The notes under the pieces are model-generated. The model was not told the DNA's origin and made no database searches. It worked only from the letters and a program-made list of their open reading frames with translations. From Pseudohongiellaceae bacterium (GTDB taxonomy: Bacteria; Pseudomonadota; Gammaproteobacteria; Pseudomonadales; Pseudohongiellaceae), in assembly GCA_965662685.1 (NCBI GenBank), contig CBFIIQ010000010.1:10148-74147 (forward strand): 64,000 nt of DNA. The letters are read 5' to 3'. The position numbers and the translations under genes were made by a program. Positions 30,559-39,463 of the stretch are shown here, piece after piece; position 1 is the stretch's first letter, and each line of letters begins with the position of its first letter.

Positions 30559-30897
30559 ATGCTTAAAGTGCTTTCTAGATATAAATCATATACTACTGTT
30601 TTATTTGGGTTTATTATCTCTTTTTATGGTCATGCTCAGGAGCAGACTGAAACCCTTATGCGCGACAAAATGTGCTATGCCTGTCATCAACTGGACAGTG
30701 CATCCATCGGACCATCCTGGCAGGCAATTGCTGTCAGGCATGCCGAACGCAGGGACCAGGTGACCCGGGTACTGGCCGGAAAAATAATTCGCGGTGGCGG
30801 TGGTAATTGGGGGCTGGTACCAATGGTGCCCAATCAGCGTGTCAGCGAAGAGCAAGCCCTGCGTATGATGCAGTGGATTCTTGAGCAAGCCCCCTGA
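30559..30897 (+). CDS. cytochrome c551/c552 family protein
   Basis: GGAAG Shine-Dalgarno and signal peptide. The motif CYACHQLDSASIGPSW...GGGGNWGLVPMVPN is characteristic of c551/552. It starts 16 nt after the upstream stop. Confidence 0.85.
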   Translation: MLKVLSRYKSYTTVLFGFIISFYGHAQEQTETLMRDKMCYACHQLDSASIGPSWQAIAVRHAERRDQVTRVLAGKIIRGGGGNWGLVPMVPNQRVSEEQALRMMQWILEQAP

Positions 30898-30960
30898 ATT
30901 ACCCAAAGTCCCGGGTTTCAAGTCCGAAGAGAGAGCAACGCTGATCATGGGCGTTGCCTG

Positions 30961-31009
30961 CCTGCAACTTGTAGCTTGTAACTTGCAACTTGCAACTTGT
31001 AACTCCAAG
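30961..31009 (+). repeat. heptanucleotide tandem array (CTTGYAR, ~6-7 copies)
   Basis: The array reads cctgcaa cttgtag cttgtaa cttgcaa cttgcaa cttgtaa ctccaag. Confidence 0.9.
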
Positions 31010-31076
31010 TTTTGTTAATACAAAGCTGCTTTAAAAGCCCCATATTTATCAAGGGATTATCCCTCTTGTTTTTGAA

Positions 31077-31097
31077 AATTTTCGATAATCGAAAATT
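31077..31097. promoter_or_regulatory. perfect 10-1-10 palindrome AATTTTCGAT-A-ATCGAAAATT (candidate operator)
   Basis: Read directly from the sequence, about 160 nt upstream of the fdsG start. A second 6-1-6 palindrome, AGGGAT-T-ATCCCT, is at 31052-31064. Confidence 0.45.
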
Positions 31098-31255
31098 GCT
31101 GGTCTCAAGCTCTCATGGTAGAATTCGCGCTCCGAACCAGACCGCTAACCCGATTTATCAGCCTGAAAATTCTGGATTTTACATTTAGCTTTATTCAGCC
31201 CTTTATCAGCAAGCCAGGTTTTCAATTCGACTCTCAATAGCAGGACTTTTAAAGC

Positions 31256-31768
31256 ATGCAGCAGTTATCAGAACCTATCAAATATCAGGAATGGAACCTG
31301 GATGCGGCCAAAATGGCCGTTCAGGAATTCAGGGGACGCACCGGCGGCGTAATGCTCGCACTTCATCGAATCCAACAGTTATTCGGTTATGTTGATCCAG
31401 GCGCGATGGCAATGCTGGGTAAAGTATTCAATCTTAGCCGCGCCGAAATACACGGGGTGACGAGCTTCTATCACGATTACAAAACCAGCAAGCCGGGAAA
31501 ATACACGATAAAGGTTTGTCAGGCTGAAGCCTGTCAGGCCATGGGTGCAGTCAAGCTGACTGAAGATATAAAATCTTTTCTTGGCGTGGATTTCCATGAA
31601 ACCACCCCTTCTGGCGACTTCACTCTGGAGCCGGTTTATTGTCTGGGCAATTGTGCATGCTCTCCCAATATCATGATAGACCAGGAGACTTATGGTCGCG
31701 TCAGCATTGATGGCTTCAAGGCGCTCACTGAAACACTAAGTGCGTCAACAAGTGAGGAGTCTGCGTAA
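31256..31768 (+). CDS. fdsG: NAD-dependent formate dehydrogenase gamma subunit (NuoE-like 2Fe-2S)
   Basis: CQAEAC...CLGNCACSPN cysteine pattern. Stop overlaps the fdsB start. Confidence 0.9.
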   Translation: MQQLSEPIKYQEWNLDAAKMAVQEFRGRTGGVMLALHRIQQLFGYVDPGAMAMLGKVFNLSRAEIHGVTSFYHDYKTSKPGKYTIKVCQAEACQAMGAVKLTEDIKSFLGVDFHETTPSGDFTLEPVYCLGNCACSPNIMIDQETYGRVSIDGFKALTETLSASTSEESA

Positions 31769-33318
31769 TGAGTATTAAAATTTATATTCCTCGAGAAACC
31801 ACTTCCGCTTCACTGGGCGCAGAGCTACTGGCCAAGGCTATAGATACAGAAGCACGTTATCGCAACCTCGAAATAGAGCTTGTCCGCAACGGTTCCCGCG
31901 GCGCCTGCTTCCTGGAACCCTTGCTGGAAGTTGAAACAGATAAAGGCCGGGTAGGCTATGGCCCGGTCACTCTGGAAGATGTTGCGGATTTATTTGATGC
32001 TGATTTTTTAAACGGCGGTGACCACAGCAAAGCACTGGGCGATGTCAATAAGCTACCCTGGTTTAAAAACCAGGAACGCCTGACTTTCGCTCGCTGCGGC
32101 ATTATCGAAGCCACATCAGTACCAGCTTATGAAAGCCTGGGCGGATTTGTCGGATTAAAGAATGCCCTGGCTAAAGATGCCGATGGCATTATTGCAGAGA
32201 TGACTGATTCAGGCTTACGCGGACGTGGTGGTGCTGCCTTCCCTACTGCCATCAAGTGGCGCACTGTCGCTGATTGCGTCGCTGACCAGAAATACATTGT
32301 CTGTAATGCAGACGAAGGTGACAGTGGTACTTTTTCAGATCGTATGATTATGGAAGGTGATCCCTTAAGTTTGATAGAAGGCATGACCATTGCCGGGCTC
32401 GCCGTTGGTGCAGACACCGGTTATATCTACCTGCGTTCTGAATACCCGCTTACACAAAAAATTCTCGATGAAGCGATTGCAAATGCTACCGCAGCAGGAT
32501 TTCTCGGTGACAATATTCAAGGCTCGGGCAAGAACTTCCATCTTGAAGTTTTCATGGGAGCAGGTGCCTATATCTGCGGTGAAGAGACCTCGCTACTGGA
32601 AAGTCTGGAGGGAAAACGCGGACAGATTCGCTTCAAACCGCCCCTGCCAGCCATTGAAGGCCTGTTTGGCAAACCTACCGTGGTTAACAATGTCATCTCC
32701 CTGGCTTCTGTGCCGGTAATACTGGAAAAAGGTGGTAAACATTATGCCGACTATGGCCAGGGCCGCTCTCTGGGCACCATGCCATTTCAGTTGGGAGGAA
32801 ATATCAAGCAAGGCGGTCTCATAGAGAAAGCTTTTGGCCTAACCTTGCGCAATTTAATTGAAGATTTTGGTGCCGGCACTCACAGCGGACGCCCTCTACG
32901 AGCGGTTCAGGTCGGTGGCCCACTGGGGGCCTATTTCCCTGAAGCCCTGTTGGATACCCAACTGGACTATGAAGAGTTTGCCAAAGCTGGCGGCATGCTG
33001 GGGCATGGCGGTATCGTGGTATTCGATGACACAGTAGACATGGCTAAACAAGCGCGCTTTTCCATGGAATTCTGTGCTGTTGAGTCCTGTGGCAAATGTA
33101 CCCCCTGCCGCATTGGTTCTGTCAGGGGAATGGAAGTTATTGACAAAATTGTTGAAGCCGCAAACGAAGCAGAGCGCGATACACAGCATATTATCCTCAA
33201 GGATTTATGCGATACCATGGAATCTGCTTCACTTTGTGCCATGGGTGGCCTCACACCTATTCCTGTGATGAGCGCCGTTAAACATTTTTCTGCAGATTTT
33301 AATAAAGGTGAGCACTGA
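31768..33318 (+). CDS. fdsB: NAD-dependent formate dehydrogenase beta subunit (NuoF-like)
   Basis: GRGGAAFPT FMN/NADH motif and ESCGKCTPCR 4Fe-4S motif. Confidence 0.95.
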   Translation: MSIKIYIPRETTSASLGAELLAKAIDTEARYRNLEIELVRNGSRGACFLEPLLEVETDKGRVGYGPVTLEDVADLFDADFLNGGDHSKALGDVNKLPWFKNQERLTFARCGIIEATSVPAYESLGGFVGLKNALAKDADGIIAEMTDSGLRGRGGAAFPTAIKWRTVADCVADQKYIVCNADEGDSGTFSDRMIMEGDPLSLIEGMTIAGLAVGADTGYIYLRSEYPLTQKILDEAIANATAAGFLGDNIQGSGKNFHLEVFMGAGAYICGEETSLLESLEGKRGQIRFKPPLPAIEGLFGKPTVVNNVISLASVPVILEKGGKHYADYGQGRSLGTMPFQLGGNIKQGGLIEKAFGLTLRNLIEDFGAGTHSGRPLRAVQVGGPLGAYFPEALLDTQLDYEEFAKAGGMLGHGGIVVFDDTVDMAKQARFSMEFCAVESCGKCTPCRIGSVRGMEVIDKIVEAANEAERDTQHIILKDLCDTMESASLCAMGGLTPIPVMSAVKHFSADFNKGEH

Positions 33319-36167
33319 TGAGCTTAGAGAAAGAAATCGATTACGGAACACCGGCTGTTACCAACAACGAAGAGGTGACTCTGGAGATTGACGGTCAGTC
33401 CATTACTGTTCCCAAAGGCACCAGTATTATGCGTGCCTCGCAAATGATGGGGACTACTATTCCCAAACTCTGTGCAACAGATTCCCTGGAACCCTTTGGC
33501 TCCTGCCGTTTATGCCTGGTGGAAATTGAAGGCCGTCGGGGGACGCCAGCCTCATGTACTACTCCGGTGGAAGCTGGCATGGTGGTACATACCGAAAACG
33601 ACAAGCTTAATAAACTTCGTAAAGGCGTGATGGAACTCTATATTTCAGATCATCCGCTGGATTGTCTGACCTGCTCTGCCAACGGTGATTGTGAGTTACA
33701 GGATATGGCCGGAGCCGTTGGCTTGCGTGAGGTCCGCTACGGCTATGACGGCGCCAACCACCTTGATGCCCCTACTGATACCAGTAACCCCTATTTCCAG
33801 TTTGAATCGAGCAAGTGCATTGTCTGCTCACGCTGTGTAAGGGCCTGTGAAGAAGTTCAGGGAACATTCGCATTGACTATCAGTGGCAATGGCTTCAGAT
33901 CCAAAGTCAGCGCAGGTGTTGAAGAAGACTTCATGAATTCAGAATGTGTCTCTTGTGGCGCCTGCGTTCAGGCATGCCCCACTGCCACCTTGATGGAAAA
34001 ATCCGTTGTCGAAATTGGCACCCCCGAACACAGTGTTGAAACCACCTGTGCATATTGTGGTGTGGGTTGTACCTTCCGCGCAGAAATGAAAGGTGACCAG
34101 GTTGTCCGTATGATCCCGGCCAAATCCGGCAAGGCCAACGATGGTCATTCCTGTGTTAAAGGACGTTTTGCCTTTGGATATACCACGCATAAAGATCGCA
34201 TCATGAGCCCCATGATTCGTGAAAACACTTCTGATCCCTGGCGTGAAGTGGAATGGGAAGAAGCCATTTCCTATACCGCCAGGCGCTTTATGGAAATTCA
34301 GGAAAAGTATGGCCGCAAATCCATTGGCGGCATTACTTCTTCACGAACCACTAATGAAGAAGTCTACGTGGTGCAAAAAATGATTCGCGCCGCATTTCGA
34401 AACAACAACACCGATACCTGCGCCAGGGTCTGTCACTCCCCTACCGGTTATGGCCTGAATCAGACCTTTGGCACGTCGGCCGGCACCCAGGATTTTGCCA
34501 GTGTGGAGGAAACCGATCTGGTGTTACTGATTGGCGCCAACCCTACCGATGCGCATCCGGTATTTGCTTCACGCATGAAAAAACGTCTGCGTGAAGGCGC
34601 AGAAATTATCGTCTGTGATCCACGCCGCATTGATCTTGTTGAATCACCGCATGTCAAAGCCAGTATTCATTTACCCCTGATGCCAGGGTCGAATGTTGCA
34701 CTGATCAATGCCTTTGCCTACACCATCGTAGAAGAAGATCTGGCTGACTGGGATTACGTAAAAGAACGCTGTGATCAGGAAAGTTTTGATGAATGGCTAA
34801 CCTTTATCAAGGATCCAAAGAATGCCCCGGAAGCGGTAGCTGATTTGCTTGGTGGTGATGCCGAGAAAGTCCGTGAAGCAGCACGACGCTATGCCAAGGC
34901 ACCCCGCGGCTCCATTTATTATGGTCTCGGTGTTACTGAGCATTCCCAGGGATCAACCATGGTTATGGGTATGGCGAATCTGTCCATGCTGACGGGTAAT
35001 ATCGGTATGAATGGCGCAGGCGTTAACCCGCTGCGTGGCCAGAACAATGTTCAGGGCTCCTGTGATATGGGTTCTTTCCCTCATGAATTCCCCGGCTACC
35101 GTCATGTCAGTAGAGATGATGTCAGGAAACAGTTTTCCGAAGCCTGGGGCGTGGAACAGGATGCAGAGCCTGGCTTCCGTATTCCCAATATGTTTGATGC
35201 CGCCATCAAGGGTGAGTACAAGGGTATGTTTGTTCAGGGTGAAGACATCGCCCAGTCCGACCCAGATACCCATCACGTGGAAGCCGCGCTGGAAAACCTC
35301 GATTGTCTGGTAGTACAGGACCTGTTTTTGAATGAAACGGCCAAATTTGCCCATGTCTTTTTACCTGGCACATCCTTCCTGGAAAAAGATGGCACCTTCA
35401 CTAATGCAGAACGTCGCCTGGGCCGAGTCCGACCAGTGATGAAGCCGAAAACAGGCAAGCATGAGTGGGAAATAGTTATGGAAATTTCCCAGGCAATGGG
35501 CTATCCAATGCACTATAACAACTCCTCTGAAATCATGGATGAAATTGCAGCCCTGACGCCGACTTTCTCCGGTGTTAGTTTTGAACGTCTGGATAATGAA
35601 GGCAGTATGCAATGGCCTGTTACTGATGAAGCGCCAATGGGCACGCCTATTATGCATGTCGGTAACTTTGTCCGCGGTAAAGGCAATTTCAAGGTGACTG
35701 AATTTGTACCTACCGAAGAAAGGGTCACGAAGAAATTCCCGCTCATTCTGACTACCGGTCGAATTCTCAGTCAGTACAACGTGGGGGCACAAACCCGACG
35801 CACTGAAAACAATCAGTGGTTCCCGGAAGATATTCTGGAAATTCATGAAGAGGACGCACTGGAACGTGGCATTAAAGATGGCGACCTGATCAAGATTGCC
35901 AGCCGCAAGGGTGAAACCACCATGCATGCGAAAGTGTCAGATCGCATGCAGCCAGGCGTGGTCTACACCACCTTCCACAATCCGATTTCCGGTGCCAATG
36001 TGGTGACTACGGAGTTCAGCGACTGGGCAACCAACTGTCCTGAATACAAAGTCACCGCGGTACAGATTGGTGTAACCGATTCAATGTCTGAATGGCAAAA
36101 GCAGTATCTTGCCTTTAATGAAGACAGACGCAAACTCGCTGAAACCAGCGAAGAAGTTTCACACTAG
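33318..36167 (+). CDS. fdsA: NAD-dependent formate dehydrogenase alpha subunit (molybdopterin)
   Basis: NuoG-like N-terminal Fe-S clusters and a Mo-bisPGD domain (CAYCGVGC, HSCVKGRF). There is no in-frame TGA. Confidence 0.95.
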   Translation: MSLEKEIDYGTPAVTNNEEVTLEIDGQSITVPKGTSIMRASQMMGTTIPKLCATDSLEPFGSCRLCLVEIEGRRGTPASCTTPVEAGMVVHTENDKLNKLRKGVMELYISDHPLDCLTCSANGDCELQDMAGAVGLREVRYGYDGANHLDAPTDTSNPYFQFESSKCIVCSRCVRACEEVQGTFALTISGNGFRSKVSAGVEEDFMNSECVSCGACVQACPTATLMEKSVVEIGTPEHSVETTCAYCGVGCTFRAEMKGDQVVRMIPAKSGKANDGHSCVKGRFAFGYTTHKDRIMSPMIRENTSDPWREVEWEEAISYTARRFMEIQEKYGRKSIGGITSSRTTNEEVYVVQKMIRAAFRNNNTDTCARVCHSPTGYGLNQTFGTSAGTQDFASVEETDLVLLIGANPTDAHPVFASRMKKRLREGAEIIVCDPRRIDLVESPHVKASIHLPLMPGSNVALINAFAYTIVEEDLADWDYVKERCDQESFDEWLTFIKDPKNAPEAVADLLGGDAEKVREAARRYAKAPRGSIYYGLGVTEHSQGSTMVMGMANLSMLTGNIGMNGAGVNPLRGQNNVQGSCDMGSFPHEFPGYRHVSRDDVRKQFSEAWGVEQDAEPGFRIPNMFDAAIKGEYKGMFVQGEDIAQSDPDTHHVEAALENLDCLVVQDLFLNETAKFAHVFLPGTSFLEKDGTFTNAERRLGRVRPVMKPKTGKHEWEIVMEISQAMGYPMHYNNSSEIMDEIAALTPTFSGVSFERLDNEGSMQWPVTDEAPMGTPIMHVGNFVRGKGNFKVTEFVPTEERVTKKFPLILTTGRILSQYNVGAQTRRTENNQWFPEDILEIHEEDALERGIKDGDLIKIASRKGETTMHAKVSDRMQPGVVYTTFHNPISGANVVTTEFSDWATNCPEYKVTAVQIGVTDSMSEWQKQYLAFNEDRRKLAETSEEVSH

Positions 36168-36214
36168 ACTGACACGCTTTTGTGGTAGTAAGTAACTACC
36201 AAGAAAAGAAATAC

Positions 36215-36246
36215 AAAAAAGCCGACCTCTCCAGGTCGGCTTTTTT
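36215..36246. terminator. bidirectional intrinsic terminator
   Basis: A6, GCCGACCT-CTCC-AGGTCGGC stem-loop, then T6. It sits between the convergent fdsA and mobA genes. Confidence 0.85.
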
Positions 36247-36274
36247 ATTGACAAATATTTATCTGACGCTTTTT

Positions 36275-36865
36275 TTATTCAGTCTCTGACACGAAATTGC
36301 CGAGATCCTCAGGATTATTGAGATTGACAAATACTTTGTCAGAAAGGCCCTCAGGTTTGAGTGCTTCGCTGGAGAAATGTCGTAACAAAGCTTTCATTGA
36401 TCGATTACCGCCCAGCTCCCGGCTTTGAGAGAACAGAGAATCCAGATATATACAAAGCCTTGAAGAAAGCCTGAATAAACAGGGAAACACTTCACCTGAG
36501 TAATAACAGGCATCAGCATCACCAATAGCATCCAGTAATGCTTTCAGGCACTGTTCATTAAGAAAGGGCATGTCGACAGGGATCACCAGCAACAAGTCTG
36601 GCTCTTTGTCATTCAGACCTGATTCCAGTGCTATATGATGTAAGGTCGCATGAAGACCGCCCAGGGGACCGCAGTGGGGAATCAAATCGGGAATACTGTC
36701 ATAACCTGCCAGATCACCGCTAATTAACACTTGATCTGAACCAACATTTTCCAATAACGCCAGTGACCGCTCTACCAGGGTCTGGCCCTGAAAAACCAGA
36801 AATCTTTTGTCCTGCCCCATACGCGATGACTTGCCACCGGCAAGTAACAGGGAGTAAAGCGTCAT
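36275..36865 (-). CDS. mobA: molybdenum cofactor guanylyltransferase
   Basis: LLAGGKSSRMGQDK N-terminal motif. Confidence 0.85.
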   Translation of the reverse strand: MTLYSLLLAGGKSSRMGQDKRFLVFQGQTLVERSLALLENVGSDQVLISGDLAGYDSIPDLIPHCGPLGGLHATLHHIALESGLNDKEPDLLLVIPVDMPFLNEQCLKALLDAIGDADACYYSGEVFPCLFRLSSRLCIYLDSLFSQSRELGGNRSMKALLRHFSSEALKPEGLSDKVFVNLNNPEDLGNFVSETE

Positions 36866-36886
36866 ATGCTGGCTGAGAGGATGACT

Positions 36887-37714
36887 CTACTCCCCTTGCT
36901 TAATAAGGTGCACGTGACGCTGGGGAAAGGGTATTTCAATATCATTTTCAGCCAAAGCCTTGAATACGGCGAGATTTGCCCGGTATTTGGTATCAAACAA
37001 TGATTCCGTTGGTACCCAGTAACGCATGCCTATATCAATACTGCTGTCGCCATAATTATCAATGCCTACCTGGGGGGTTTTATCTGATACGACACCCTCT
37101 GTACTTGCCAGTGCCTGGGCTATGACTTTAATTGCCAGATCCGGATTCGAGGCATAGGCAATACCCACCACTGTCTCAATGATACTGTTGGTCCTAGAAT
37201 TGTGAATGATCTCGCCGACAATATGTTTATTGGGAATCATTATGTTTACTTCATCTTCATTACTCAGCACGGTGTAGGCAAGCTTTACTTCTTTAACAAT
37301 GCCCGTGACGCCCTGCACCCGTATGGTATCGCCGACAATGAATGGTCGGGCGACGATAATACTCAGTCCGGCGCCATAATTTGACAGCAGACCCTGCAAA
37401 GCCAAACCAGCACCCAAAGACACAGCACCAATAGCGGCAACAAAGGGCGTGACACTTATGCCGATTTTTCCCAAAGCGATAATAGCCGTCATCGCTATAA
37501 TAAGAATCTTCACAAAACCCGCGACGAAATGACTCAGCGTGACGTCTATATTTTTTCTTACCATCAGGTTTTCAATAAACCCGGATACCTTCTTGCCGAC
37601 AAACATCCCCAGCAAAACAATGATGATGGCGCCCACAATCTGAAAGCTGTAATTCACCATAAATTCAACCATGAGATTATAAATTTCCTGGGCTTGCTCT
37701 AGCTCCTGTTCCAT
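36887..37714 (-). CDS. mechanosensitive ion channel family protein (MscS-like)
   Basis: 3 TM helices plus an MscS beta-domain (VGDTIRVQGVTGIVKEV). Confidence 0.85.
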   Translation of the reverse strand: MEQELEQAQEIYNLMVEFMVNYSFQIVGAIIIVLLGMFVGKKVSGFIENLMVRKNIDVTLSHFVAGFVKILIIAMTAIIALGKIGISVTPFVAAIGAVSLGAGLALQGLLSNYGAGLSIIVARPFIVGDTIRVQGVTGIVKEVKLAYTVLSNEDEVNIMIPNKHIVGEIIHNSRTNSIIETVVGIAYASNPDLAIKVIAQALASTEGVVSDKTPQVGIDNYGDSSIDIGMRYWVPTESLFDTKYRANLAVFKALAENDIEIPFPQRHVHLIKQGE

Positions 37715-37779
37715 CTTTGATCCTTATTAATTGTTTTATTTTTGCCTTTTGTATTTACACGATCGCTATCTCGTGTGTT

Positions 37780-38796
37780 CTACTGATCGGGTGTTTCTTC
37801 CCTGCCGTCAGCATAACGAGCAAATCTTCCTCTATCACCATGAACCTGATCATTACGCTCCCAGGGCCAGCCACCAAACTGATCGTGCTGATAATCCTGA
37901 AAAGTCTGTTGTAACTCTTCCCGTGTGTTCATGACAAAGGGGCCATACTGGGCCACAGGTTCAGCAATCGGTTGCCCTTGTAAAAGCAGTAGTTTTGCAG
38001 CACTCCCGTTACAGACAATATCCAGAGGCTGGTCTGAATGTAATTGTAAACCCTGACTTACAGCAACTTCTTGTCCTGCAGCAGTAATGCTGTCGCCTTG
38101 GTAAAAATACAACATACGATTCAATCCTGCCACCGAAGCAGACAAGGTCCAGCGCGCACCTTGCTCCAATTCTATAAGCCATACCGCCACATTGTTATCT
38201 GGATTTGCTGCCCAGGAATCAGGCGGTGGTGCCGGCGCCTTGATTTCTGAAAGTTCACCAGCGATTATTTCAATGCTGATATTTTTTCCCTGTTCATCTT
38301 TACTTTCAACAACCGGCACATCCTTGTTCCAGAACATAGTGAAATGGGGTTCAACCATTTTGCTGCTGGCAGGCAGATTGAGCCAGATCTGAAATAACAA
38401 TAAAGGATTCTCTTTTGCTTCATCGAGCAAGGGAAACATTTCACTGTGCTGGATACCCTTTCCTGCTGTCATCCACTGCACATCACCATTGCCATAACGC
38501 CCGGCGGCACCCAGGGAATCAGCATGATCTACCAAGCCTTTCTGCACCACTGTGATGGTTTCAAAGCCACGATGCGGGTGACCGGGAAAACCTGGTACTT
38601 TGTCACCATGGTACATACGCCAGCCATCTCTTTTTTCGAAATCCTGGCCGATATTACGTCCAGAAAGAGAGGCCGCCGGACCATGCTCACCATTAGCCCT
38701 GGGAAAGTCGTCCTGATGAAAAGCACAAAACAGGAATGGATCAAGAGTTTGCCAATGAAAGTCCAGCGGCTGAACTGCAATAATGGGATGACTCAT
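37780..38796 (-). CDS. pirin family protein
   Basis: HPHRGFETITVV...GDVQWMTAGKGIQHSE cupin motifs. Confidence 0.85.
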   Translation of the reverse strand: MSHPIIAVQPLDFHWQTLDPFLFCAFHQDDFPRANGEHGPAASLSGRNIGQDFEKRDGWRMYHGDKVPGFPGHPHRGFETITVVQKGLVDHADSLGAAGRYGNGDVQWMTAGKGIQHSEMFPLLDEAKENPLLLFQIWLNLPASSKMVEPHFTMFWNKDVPVVESKDEQGKNISIEIIAGELSEIKAPAPPPDSWAANPDNNVAVWLIELEQGARWTLSASVAGLNRMLYFYQGDSITAAGQEVAVSQGLQLHSDQPLDIVCNGSAAKLLLLQGQPIAEPVAQYGPFVMNTREELQQTFQDYQHDQFGGWPWERNDQVHGDRGRFARYADGREETPDQ

Positions 38797-38817
38797 AAAT
38801 TTACACTCTTTGGGTTT

Positions 38818-39186
38818 TTACTCGCCGAGAAGCGCCCAGAAAGGCACAACCGAAATATACAACAGACCAGCTATAATCACGATATACGCGATATATCTAA
38901 CAGGATTTTCCCTCGCTATGTCGAGAAATGTTCTCGCTTTTCCCTGTTCTTTCAGGGCTTCATATTCACTGCGCATACGCTGGAAACGTTCTTCTTCATG
39001 TTGTTGAAGTAGCGCTTGCGCCTGCTCCAGCTGAGCATCGTTACTCAGCCACAAGGCTGGCATGGAAATTCCCCAATTACCTGCACCAGTTTCATAAACC
39101 TCTATTTCATGAGTTTCCATCAGGGCATAGATCTCTTCCAGCTCATCCGCTGGTACTTGCCTGAGTTTGACTAACTGTGTTGCCAT
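38818..39186 (-). CDS. small conserved hypothetical protein with C-terminal TM helix
   Basis: Clean 122-aa ORF ending 21 nt upstream of the pirin start. No recognisable catalytic motif. Confidence 0.5.
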   Translation of the reverse strand: MATQLVKLRQVPADELEEIYALMETHEIEVYETGAGNWGISMPALWLSNDAQLEQAQALLQQHEEERFQRMRSEYEALKEQGKARTFLDIARENPVRYIAYIVIIAGLLYISVVPFWALLGE

Positions 39187-39463
39187 GATAATTAACTATT
39201 TCCTGTGAAGTGACTCGCGTGATTGGAAGATGGGTTAGGCTTTCACGAGAACCCTATATTACCCCAGACTCCCTTTGATTAATAAATTCTGTCAGCTGAA
39301 ATCAATGCAGTCCGGATTTTTGTAGCCAGTATTCCCTGCCTTGATAACACTAACTAAATGAAATTTTTCAGGGATTCTCCGGTTCTTGGAGTGATTATTG
39401 CGATATGCTTTAATCTGCTGTCGGCTTTATCTCATTTACCCATATTTTGTTAAGGAGTCAGGG

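Noticed and set aside
33318-36167. Selenocysteine recoding in the formate dehydrogenase alpha subunit.
   Set aside because: The ORF is continuous with no in-frame TGA, and the architecture is the NAD-linked Cys-type Fds enzyme.
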